DNA of 64,000 nt from Methanotrichaceae archaeon (GTDB taxonomy: Archaea; Halobacteriota; Methanosarcinia; Methanotrichales; Methanotrichaceae). The translations under genes and the position numbers were made by a program. The notes beneath the pieces are model-generated. The model was not told where the DNA came from, ran no database searches, and saw nothing but the letters and a program-made list of their open reading frames with translations. How positions within the stretch are numbered: position 1 is the stretch's first letter; each line of letters starts with the position of its first letter. The stretch covers positions 26,232-90,231 of the forward strand of contig CAVVKN010000007.1 of assembly GCA_963748825.1 (NCBI GenBank). Direction: 5' to 3'. Of the stretch, positions 31,075-40,644 are shown in pieces.

Positions 31075-31554
31075 CTATTCTTGGCGGAGGAAATCGCCCA
31101 TATCATCTTTTTCTGATATCATCCATCTTCCTTTTCCCAAAATTTTATCCAATTTAACTTTCTTGGCTTTCTCCAGAGGAGAGGAGCCGTGGCATCTTAT
31201 GTAGCATTTGAAAAGGAGATCTTCATGAATAGCCCTCTTGTGAGGATCGCTCCTGAAGCTCTCGATCAGGATATCTCTCGTCTTGAGAATCTGCTCAATG
31301 GCATCGCCTAAATCGCCTTTCTTGAGCTCCACCAGGCAGAGCACTTTTTGGCCGCCTCTGGTGAAGAAGACCGCAAGATCGCACAGCTTGCCATCATATC
31401 CCATGTCCTTACGAAATGGTCCATTTGGACCTTCGTCAATTCTGAAAAACAAGACGACTTCATCAGTGGCACGTCGCACACTCACAGTGACTTTATTCTC
31501 CGTGAAGCTGTTGCCTTGCCACAGGCATCTCGATAGCAGAGTATTAAAAGGCAT
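31075..31554 (-). CDS. Small protein with PD-(D/E)xK-like motif
   Basis: KLCDLAVF...LVELKKG...AIEQILKT; directly downstream of the ABC ATPase gene. Confidence 0.55.
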   Translation of the reverse strand: MPFNTLLSRCLWQGNSFTENKVTVSVRRATDEVVLFFRIDEGPNGPFRKDMGYDGKLCDLAVFFTRGGQKVLCLVELKKGDLGDAIEQILKTRDILIESFRSDPHKRAIHEDLLFKCYIRCHGSSPLEKAKKVKLDKILGKGRWMISEKDDMGDFLRQE

Positions 31555-31564
31555 CCTGCTTCAC

Positions 31565-32950
31565 CTAAATCTGGAAATAAATATTGGATACCTGCTCTGA
31601 CACATCCCCGAAGGTTCCCCAGTCAATCATCCCGTCCTCAGAAAGCACATTTTTGGCCGTGCCGTCTTCAAAGAGGTAAACCGACACCTTATCCTTGGAG
31701 AGGAATGCCTCCGACGTCTTCAGGTAAAACTTCTCCGCTGCCTCATCCGGCCGCTCCTTTTTTGCGCCCTCCATGATATTGACCAGATGATCGACGATGT
31801 AAGGGCTGTGGGTGGTGACGATTATCCTGATCCCCGAGTTCACGAGGATGGCAAGCAGCTCTATGATCTTGGCCTGGGCCTCTGGATGAAGGTTCATTTC
31901 CGGCTCGTCTATGACCAGAAGATCTCCTGGCATGGCTACGTAGGTCAGATAGAGATACAATGGCGAGAGTGACTTTACCAGGGAGGCAGTGGCAGGGATC
32001 TCTACAGTCTTTCCGTCTGCGCCCGATGGCTTGAATAGAACTCTGTTGGCCTTGAGCACAGGGTCCGATTGGATGAGTTGCAGATCTCCTTTTAGAAGCT
32101 CTGTGCGAAGGAGGTTCGCCAATTCCAGGTACCGTCTCACATGAAGATCATTGTCGGCGGTCTCTTCTCTGTCTTTGAGATTGCCTCTATCCCTGATATC
32201 GGCGATCATGCTCATTAGATTGTCTATTGGATATGATTGATTGAATGAACCGGAATCAATCCGGTTCCTCAGATCCCCAATTTTTGGAGGCGAAAGAGCC
32301 AGGGAGGAATAAGCGATCCTTTCCGGTGGGAAAAAGAAGATTCTGGGATAAATGGAACGAATCAGGGGGGTTAATACTGCAGAATGAGAAAATTCATCAA
32401 TTCCCGTGGATAGTGGTTTTGAATCATCCTCGCTGCCTGCTACATAGAATTTTATTGATCGTTCCCCTTTAATTTTCTGGATATGAAGTGTCTCTAACCT
32501 CCTAAGTCCTAACGGTATCTTCCATGAAGAAGCATAATTCATGATACCCTCGGACCATTCGTTCGTCATATCACTGGGATCGAGACTAAGCTCAAGTTCT
32601 TCAAAAATTGAGTCATCAGTTCCCAGGTATTTTCCCAACGAGCGAGACGCTGTTCTTGCAAGATCATTCAGGAATTGGGACCCTCGGATTTGCTGAAATT
32701 CAATGAGGTCTATTAGCGCAGTGCCGTTCTCGGCAAACGAAGAGTTTGCCTCGTCTACTTCAGAATAATTGATGGATCCAAGCCTAAATCGCTCCAGTAA
32801 CTCGAATATACATAAGGATGAAAAAGCAGATGCGATCAGATAAGCCGTCCAGGTCTTGCCGGTATTATTTTGGCCGATAAAGACGGTCAGAGGTTTAATA
32901 TTAATATTTGCCTCCCTTACTGGCCCCAGATTTCTGATAACTGCATGCAT
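31565..32950 (-). CDS. ABC-type ATPase (AAA_15/AAA_21, AbiEii/OLD-like)
   Basis: IRNLGPV, GQNNTGKT Walker A, LVIDEPEMNLHP Walker B/D-loop, TTHSPY H-loop. Confidence 0.85.
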   Translation of the reverse strand: MHAVIRNLGPVREANINIKPLTVFIGQNNTGKTWTAYLIASAFSSLCIFELLERFRLGSINYSEVDEANSSFAENGTALIDLIEFQQIRGSQFLNDLARTASRSLGKYLGTDDSIFEELELSLDPSDMTNEWSEGIMNYASSWKIPLGLRRLETLHIQKIKGERSIKFYVAGSEDDSKPLSTGIDEFSHSAVLTPLIRSIYPRIFFFPPERIAYSSLALSPPKIGDLRNRIDSGSFNQSYPIDNLMSMIADIRDRGNLKDREETADNDLHVRRYLELANLLRTELLKGDLQLIQSDPVLKANRVLFKPSGADGKTVEIPATASLVKSLSPLYLYLTYVAMPGDLLVIDEPEMNLHPEAQAKIIELLAILVNSGIRIIVTTHSPYIVDHLVNIMEGAKKERPDEAAEKFYLKTSEAFLSKDKVSVYLFEDGTAKNVLSEDGMIDWGTFGDVSEQVSNIYFQI

Positions 32951-33041
32951 TCGCAATTCTATTGGCAAAGCATTGGTTAAATTAATATCGCTTCCACTCC
33001 TCATCGAAATCATTTTAGACTCTGAAGATGTGTGATTCCTC

Positions 33042-36000
33042 ATGGACCGATCAGCGATACACGACATGACTTTGCGGGCGCGAGAGCTTCTCATGGGCGA
33101 GACGCAAGACTTGCTGCAGGGCATTTACGGCCTGGACAGCAAGGGCAATTTTGAAGATGTGAAAAGGCTGCCCGCGGCCTTGTCCCTGCCGGAGATCGGA
33201 GCGACCAGAAAGCGCCTGGAAAAGTTTCTCAAAGACGAAGAGCAGGCGGGCCTCCCGCGCCGGGAGGCTGTGGCAAAGCTGGTCAAAGAGGCGGCCTTCA
33301 CCCACCTCAACCGATTAGTTGCCTTCAAGATGATGGAAGCCCGAAAGCTCATCCGCGGAACTGTGGATCGCTATCAAGAGTCCAATGCCTTCAAGTTTTA
33401 TTTAGCCGAGCACGATGATGAACTCCGGCTCTACGAGCAGGGAAGCCAGCCCCAAAGCGAGGTAGGCGAGGGGCCGAGGGACCTGGCATACAGGCATTTC
33501 CTGCTCTGGCAGTGCGAGCAACTTTGCAAAGAGATCAAGGTGCTCTTTGATCCTGAGAACCTGGCCAGCCAGCTCTTTCCCCGGCCCAGGGCCCTGAAGT
33601 CGCTCCTGGAGATGCTCAATGACCCGGCGCTACAAGAAGCCTGGAGAGAGGAGGAGACGGTAGGCTGGATCTACCAGTACTTCAGCGAAGAAGAGAAGAA
33701 AGACGTCTTCGACCGGCTCTACAAGAAGAAGCAGAAGATCCGGCCCGAGGACATTCCCGCAGCCACGCAGCTCTTCACGCCCCGCTGGATTGTCAAGTTC
33801 CTGGTGCAAAACACCCTTGGCAGACAATGGATGCAGATGCACCCGGACTCCTGCCTTGCGGCCGCCCTGGATTATCTCGTCCCCCTGGCAGGAGAGATCC
33901 CGGCAGAAAAGATGAAGCCCGTGAGAGAAATCGAGGTGCTCGATCCGGCCTGCGGCACCATGCACTTTGGTCTGGTGGCCTTCGACCTTCTGGCAGAGAT
34001 GTACCGGGAGGAGATGGAGCGGGCCGGGAGCCCCGGTTGGCCGGAAAAGCCCTCCGTCGCCTCAGCGGAGACCATACCGGCAGCCATCATCGCCAACAAC
34101 ATCTTCGGCATCGATATCGATCTGCGGGCGGTGCAGCTCTCCGCCCTGGCGCTCTACCTGAAAGCCAAGAGCCTCAATCCCAAAGCACAGATCACAGACA
34201 GCCACCTGGCCTGTGCTGAGCTGCAACTGCCCGACGACGCCAAGCTGGAGGTGTTTCTCCAGTCTTGCAAGTTCACCCTGCCCGTTTACGAGAGAATCAT
34301 CCGCAAGCTGTGGAGCACCATGCGGGGCGGATCGGGCATCGGCGCCGGATCGCTGCTGCCCCTGGAGAGCGCCATAACTCTGGAGGTGGAGCGGGAGCGC
34401 CGCTCTCATCTCACCAGCTTGCAGAGGTTCGAAGACCTGGCCGATGCCCCAGAGGATGTGGCCCGCACGGCAGTGTGGGGGCCGGAGTTCTGGGACGTTT
34501 TGGGCGACCAGATCGTGATGGCCTTCAACAGCTTCGCAGACGAGCAGGCGGCAGCGGGCGGGGATGAGAGCTACTTTGTGGGCGAGGCGAGCAAAGGGAT
34601 GCGGCTGCTGGACATCATGCGCCGCAAGTACGACTGCGTTTTCACCAATCCGCCCTACATGACACGAAAGAACATGCAAGAGCCGCTATCAGACTTTTTG
34701 GAAGCCAACTATTCTGAAGCCAAGGGCGACTTTTACACAGCCTTCATCAAGCGATGTCTGGAGCTGACCAAGGATTTTGGGCGCTTCGGACTCTTGACAG
34801 TCCATTCCTTCATGTTCGTCAGCTCTTACGAGAAGCTCAGGGAGAAGATATCAGCACTCAGGCGGCCATTGAATCGGGCTGCCACCTCGGGCCGAGGTCG
34901 GAGTTTGAGATCTCCAATCCCAATGCGCAAGGGTTTGTGGCCTTCACCTGTCGCAAGGGCTCGGATGAGGTCCGGCTCTTCAATCCGGACGACAGCTGGT
35001 ACGGAACCTGGTACAGGCTCATAAAAGCGGAGGGCGAGGAGAAGAGAACGCTCTTCGAAAAGCAGCTTGCTGGGCAGGCGGAGGGCGTTTACGTCTATCA
35101 GCAGGCGGCCTTCAACTCCATTCCCGGCAGCCCCTGGGTCTACTGGATCACGCCCGGGCTGCGGCGGTTGTTCGTGGAGCTGCCCAAGCTGGGGGAGATA
35201 GCGCAACCGTATGCATAGGAATGAGAACGGGAGATAATTTTCGCTTTCTGCGATTCTGGTGGGAAGTGGGCGTTGATCAAATAGGTATTCGGTATGAAGA
35301 GCAGAGATGAGGCGCATAGAGTCAGGAAGAAAATGGTTTCCGTATATGAAAGGGGGAAGTTTCCAACGCTGGTATGGGAATCAAGAATTTGTTGTTGAAT
35401 GGGACAATGATGGACAAATAATTAAAGAGAACACAAAGCAGAATTATCCTGGACTAGGGAATAATTTAGGTTGGAAGATCTGAATGCAGAATCACTATTT
35501 CCAGCGTGGTGTAACCTGGACTGAACTGACTTCAGCACGTTTCAGCGCCAGGCTTTCTCCGGGCGGTTTCATCTTTGATGTTGCAGGATCGTCATTATTT
35601 CCCGACGGATGTCTCTTTAATTCTGGGAATTATGAACTCGACATTCTCTCAATTGCGCTCAATATTATTAATCCTACTAGTTCATGTTCAAGTCGGCGAC
35701 TTGGCCCGCCTGCCTATACCCACCGAGTCCAGCAAGCAGCTTGAGAATCTCGTCGATCGTGCCATCTCCCTGGCCATGAAGGAATCCGCCGAAGACGAGA
35801 CCACCTTCGACTTCATCGCCCCGCCCTGGACCGTCTCCCTGGACGACACCCTCACCGAGATCTGGCTGCGAGACGAGATCCTAGGCGATGTGGAGAAGGC
35901 CATCGACGAGGAGGTCTACCGGCTCTACGCCATCTCCGACCAGGATCGAAAGGCCATCGAGTCCGAGCTGGCCCAGCCCGTCGCCGAGGGCGAAGAGGCA

Positions 36001-36898
36001 AGAGGAGAAGCCGGATTACATCGATGATGAGGAGCTGGCCCGCCGCTGGATCTCCTACGCCGTGGGCATCGTCATGGGCCGCTTTTCGCCTGACATCTCT
36101 GGTGCCCTGGGCCAGGGCCGTTTTTCTTCGCCGGTGGCAGCACAGCTTCGCTCCCTGGCCGACAACGACGGCGTGGCCACCCTGGATGAAGGCCATCAGG
36201 ACGATCTGGCCCGCAACGTCTGGAATACCCTGGAGACCGCTCTGGGCGAGTCCGGGGCCTCGGAGATCGTGGAGACCGTATTGGGCGATGGCCACCCCGA
36301 GTCACTGCTGCGCCGCTACCTGGAGCGGGACTTCTGGAAGCGACACCTCCAGCAATACCGGAAAAGGCCTGTCTACTGGCTGCTGCAGTCTCCGGCCAAG
36401 AGCTTCAGCGTCTACGTCTTCCACGAGCGGGCCACCAGGGACACCCTGCCGCTCATCATGGGCACGCGCTACGTCACCGGCAAGATCAACCAGCTCAAGA
36501 ACCGCATGGACGAAGTCCAGATGGAGAAGAAGACAGCGGAAGGCCGGGCTAAGAAGATGCTGGAAAAGGATCTGGAGGACCTGGAGACAAAGCTTCTGGA
36601 CCTGGAAGCCTTCCAGGCTGCCATCCGGCGTGTACTGGGGCAGAAAGACGAACGGGGCGAGACGGTGGGCTGGGCACCGGAGATCGACGACGGCGTCATC
36701 CTGAACCTGGCTCCTCTGCATGGGCTGATGCCCTCCTGGAAGGAACCGGAGAAGTTCTGGAAAGAGCTGGAGGAGGGCAAGTACGACTGGTCCTACACGG
36801 CCATGCGCTACTGGCCGGACAGAGTGGGGGAGAAGTGCAAAAAGAACAAATCCTATGCGATAGCGCACGGAAGGATGGACGTGTACGAAGGCGGATGA
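33042..36898 (+). pseudogene. pglX: BREX-1 adenine methyltransferase PglX, interrupted by about 9 lesions between 34850 and 36000
   Basis: TQLFTPRWIV, DPACGTMHF (motif I), TNPPY (motif IV), KGGSFQRWYGN, YRKRPVYW, DDGV, YDWS...YWPDRV; fragments join by +/-1 shifts. May be assembly error rather than true decay. Confidence 0.85.
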
Positions 36899-36958
36899 CT
36901 GCTTGCTTATCTTGCGCAATCTATTTACGGACTTTGGACTTAGAGGAAAATTAGAAGG

Positions 36959-37408
36959 ATGGATAAAATGAGCGGTTCCGATGATTGGATCCATGCCGGT
37001 TTCAGCCAGTTTAAGAAAGCTTTCAGGGACCACTGGGAAAACGGATCAAAAAGAGAAGATCCGTCGCACTATCTGCTGAGATTTTATTCTGTAGAATGCG
37101 GATTAAAATCCATGTACATTTATAGTAAAGATTAAACATATAAAATGAATAGCAAGAATATGCCCAATCATGGGCATAGACTCGATTGGTGGCTTGAGGA
37201 ACTCATGATCTCTGCAAGCGACATCAATCCTCCTCCAAAATTCACATTAAATAGTAGCATAAACATAAACTCACCCAGAGAAATCTATAGATCACACGAA
37301 GCCTGGCGGTATGGAGTAAAAATGGACCCGACAAAAGAGAAGCTCCTGCTTGAGTGGTTTGATAAAGCTGAAAAATATATTAAGGATTACTTACAGGAGG
37401 CAATGTGA
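36959..37408 (+). CDS. HEPN-like protein with one in-frame TAA at 37133-37135
   Basis: Single frame from ATG 36959/36968 reads FYSVECGLKSMY...*...NHGHRL...HEAWRYG, like HEPN (ExxLK...HxL...RY); stop overlaps the next start. Confidence 0.6.
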
Positions 37409-40029
37409 TGATCCCGGATAATATTAGCCTCTTTACCTGGCTTGACGTTGAAGAGGTCCTTGTAAGATTGAGTCAAACAGGAGACTGGCCAAAATGGTTG
37501 CACTATGCTCGGACATATTGGGACCAGCTTTCGCTAAGCATACACCCGGGCAAAACTGAGGATGCAAAGAAATGGCTTGCTGGTGAATTTACACCCAGAT
37601 TTAATGAAGAAAAAATGGAAATTGAACTGGAACGAGATATCGATAACGAACCCAGAGTACTTCCCGTCTATCTGGAAGAGACTGAGGAGGAACTTGGGAG
37701 ACTTCGAGTCAAGCCATCATTTACTAGGCCGGTTGCAATTCGACAAACGGTGCTGGAAGATCAACCTTTTGGTGAGATCAAGCCGCACGTAATAGCTTTT
37801 CATTCGTTTAAGGGCGGCGTGGGTAGGACGGTCCAGGCATTGGCATTGGCCATGGCTTTAGTAGAGAAAAGAAAATTCAAGGTTCTTCTAATTGACGGAG
37901 ACCTGGAAGCTCCGGGCATTTCCTGGCATTTCATCGAAAGAATGCGCCCGCCTATTTCATACGTTGATTTTCTCTCGTTGATACATGGTGATCCAGATCC
38001 AGAGGCATCAAAGAGCATTAAATTAGTGGCAAACCGCTTAAGAGACGCCTTGGTGAATGGCATTTATATCATGCCGGCCTTTCGTTCCATGGATAAATTC
38101 ATCTCCCTTGATATCAAACCCGAGCATCTTGTCCAGGGATCAAAAGATAAATACATCCTGACTCGCTTTTTATCCAAGCTGGGAGAAAAACTGGGAGTGG
38201 ATTTTGTAATTGTTGATCTTAGAGCCGGCCTCTCTGAGATTTCAGCGTCCCTTCTTCTCGATCCGAGAGTATACCGTATTTTGGTAACAACACTAAGTGC
38301 TCAATCCATTAATGGTATGAAATTACTGCTACAGTTACTGGCAAGAGATGCTCCATCAAGAAGATCTGATCAGCCCTTGCCATCCTTGATTCTCTCGCAA
38401 GTGCCCGGAGATTATCCTTCTGGAGAATTGGACAAGCACAAGAAGGAGATTCTAAGTGCTTTGGAAAACATGTGGGTGCCATCGGATGATAATTCCAATG
38501 ATGAACCTACTGCGATTTGCACCGTTACCGCCTTCGATAAAGATCTGGCAGTTCTTCCCGAGTCATGGGATAAAGCCGTAGGGCTTATTAAGAAATCCAG
38601 ATTCTCAGACGACCTGGCCGAGATCTTGGATTGGCTTCCTAATGTTACACAATCTGTTTTTGGATTGGAAGAAAAACGGATATCTCTCTCGGAATATGCT
38701 AATAGCATTATCTACGCAGAAGCCGGAAATGTAACTGACTACCTGAGGATACGTCCTTTGAACAGGCTTGTATCCGAATTCAGCACAAGGGTTCCAATAG
38801 CCGTTGTTATCGGTGCAAAAGGCTCAGGAAAAACACTAACTTATCTTCAATTGGCCCGTTCAAAGGAATGGAGTCGTTTTGGATCGGATGGATCTAGAGA
38901 TATTCAGGTGAATGCGGTTGTCGTTCCAGTTCTTAAGCCCGCAATTTTAGAACCGGAAGCTATGGCCATCGTAAATGAAGCAAAGAATAATTCGGCCAAA
39001 AACCTTCGCCTATCCACACCATATAGCTGGGAAGACGTATATGATGATATCCGAGATCGCATTCAAGAGGATGTCCATGAGAGCAAATGGCGGGACTACT
39101 GGCTTGATTATATCGCTTGGAGCTCAGGATTCGAGGTAAAGAAACAAGGAGCTGGACGTAGATTCCCAGATTACCTTCGTGAAAAGAAATTAAACGTAGT
39201 CGCAATTATCGACGGCTTGGAAAATTATTTCTTAAAGCTTTCTTCTGACGAAAAAGAGCAAACCGCGGTGAGGTCTTTGCTTCAAGACGTTCCTAATTGG
39301 CTAGAACAGCAGGTTTCGCGTCCCTTGGGCATACTAATCTTCATTCGGAAGGACATGGTATTAAATGCTCTTCCCCAAAATTCGTCTCAGTTTATTGCTG
39401 TATACCGGAATTACGAATTAAATTGGAGTAGCGTTGAGGCTTTGCGTCTATTCGCATGGATCTCAATGAAGGCAAACGCATTGGAAAGTGAAAAAATTAA
39501 TATGTTGCAGGATCTGGGAAAGGAACAATTAGCTCAGATACTAATTCCTCTATGGGGGCGAAAACTGGGCCGCGAAAACTCCCGAGAAGCGATCTCAGCT
39601 AATTGGGTAATTTATGCCCTATCGGATTATAACGGCCAGCTCCAAGCCAGAGATGTTGTCAGGTTCCTCAGTCTCGCATCAAATAGATCCAAAGGCTCTT
39701 CATTAGATGATCGCGTCCTTGTTCCCCAGGCTATGAAAAAATCATTGCTTCCTTGTAGTCAGGAAAAGGTCAAGGATGCAGGCTCTGAGAGTAAAGACCT
39801 TGCTCGGATATTCGATAAGATAAGAGAAATACCCGACGATAAGAAGCTCATTCCATTTAGTCGAAAAGATCTGGAGATTGAGTCGAATGATCTTGAGCTC
39901 CTTGAAAATAGCGGAGTAATCCGGAGAGACGGAGAAGAATACTACATTTGTGAGATCTTCCGATGGGGTCTTGGCTTTGGACTTCGGAAAAGGGGCCGAC
40001 CTGGCGTAATCGACGATGCCAAGCGTTAA
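37405..40029 (+). CDS. Dual P-loop protein: ParA/MinD-type (KGGVGR variant) domain fused to a second STAND-like ATPase domain
   Basis: HSFKGGVGRT, LIDGDLEAPG, VIVDLRAG; then VIGAKGSGKT and VAIIDGLE. Confidence 0.8.
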   Translation: MMIPDNISLFTWLDVEEVLVRLSQTGDWPKWLHYARTYWDQLSLSIHPGKTEDAKKWLAGEFTPRFNEEKMEIELERDIDNEPRVLPVYLEETEEELGRLRVKPSFTRPVAIRQTVLEDQPFGEIKPHVIAFHSFKGGVGRTVQALALAMALVEKRKFKVLLIDGDLEAPGISWHFIERMRPPISYVDFLSLIHGDPDPEASKSIKLVANRLRDALVNGIYIMPAFRSMDKFISLDIKPEHLVQGSKDKYILTRFLSKLGEKLGVDFVIVDLRAGLSEISASLLLDPRVYRILVTTLSAQSINGMKLLLQLLARDAPSRRSDQPLPSLILSQVPGDYPSGELDKHKKEILSALENMWVPSDDNSNDEPTAICTVTAFDKDLAVLPESWDKAVGLIKKSRFSDDLAEILDWLPNVTQSVFGLEEKRISLSEYANSIIYAEAGNVTDYLRIRPLNRLVSEFSTRVPIAVVIGAKGSGKTLTYLQLARSKEWSRFGSDGSRDIQVNAVVVPVLKPAILEPEAMAIVNEAKNNSAKNLRLSTPYSWEDVYDDIRDRIQEDVHESKWRDYWLDYIAWSSGFEVKKQGAGRRFPDYLREKKLNVVAIIDGLENYFLKLSSDEKEQTAVRSLLQDVPNWLEQQVSRPLGILIFIRKDMVLNALPQNSSQFIAVYRNYELNWSSVEALRLFAWISMKANALESEKINMLQDLGKEQLAQILIPLWGRKLGRENSREAISANWVIYALSDYNGQLQARDVVRFLSLASNRSKGSSLDDRVLVPQAMKKSLLPCSQEKVKDAGSESKDLARIFDKIREIPDDKKLIPFSRKDLEIESNDLELLENSGVIRRDGEEYYICEIFRWGLGFGLRKRGRPGVIDDAKR

Positions 40030-40094
40030 GCGTGCTTTGCGGCAAGAAGAATCCTATTTATTGTTAGATACCCGATTAATTAAAGAGGATCAAC

Positions 40095-40619
40095 ATGTCC
40101 AATAAAAAACCAGATTCCGTCCCCTCAATAATGCAGCCCGTCTACGAAGAGATCACAAAGCTGACCGATGCCGTATGCGGCAAGCACCTGGATGAAGAGT
40201 ATGCTGAGCTTGCCCGCAAAATGACGGCAGCTCTGGCGAGAAAAAGGCCCTCGCCGCTGGAAAGAGGCAGAAAGGATGTCTGGGCGGCGGCAATTGTCTA
40301 TTCACTGGGCAATGTCAACTTCCTCTTTGATAAAAGCCAGGTGCCCCACATGAAGGCAGACGAGCTGGCTGACCTTTTTGGAGTTAGTCAGAGGACTGCT
40401 GCCAACAAGGCCCGACAGATTAAGGATATCCTCAAAATGAGCCCGATGGATCCCAAATGGTGGCGACGCTCTAAAATGGAGTCGAATCCTCTGGCCTGGT
40501 GGGTTCTGGTTAACGGTCTGGCGGTCGACGCCCGCACGCTCCCTCTTGAGTTTCAGGAGGAGCTTGTACGGCGCAAGCTCATACCCTTCGTCCCCGGAAA
40601 ACGGACCGAGCCAAAATGA
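40095..40619 (+). CDS. DUF6398-like protein
   Basis: HLDEEYAEL...LARKRPSPL...WAAAIVY...NFLFD...VNGLAVDARTLP; GAGGA RBS. Confidence 0.6.
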   Translation: MSNKKPDSVPSIMQPVYEEITKLTDAVCGKHLDEEYAELARKMTAALARKRPSPLERGRKDVWAAAIVYSLGNVNFLFDKSQVPHMKADELADLFGVSQRTAANKARQIKDILKMSPMDPKWWRRSKMESNPLAWWVLVNGLAVDARTLPLEFQEELVRRKLIPFVPGKRTEPK

Positions 40620-40644
40620 GAACAAGCTCGAAGATCTGGGGAAA

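Noticed and set aside
31075-32950. Calling the ATPase pair PARIS or Septu outright
   Set aside because: The partner lacks evident TOPRIM (EGxxE/DxD) or HNH motifs, so it is kept as an unnamed candidate.
37405-40029. Chromosome or plasmid partition (ParAB) locus
   Set aside because: No ParB or parS repeats, and the ParA-like domain is fused to a second ATPase inside a defence operon.
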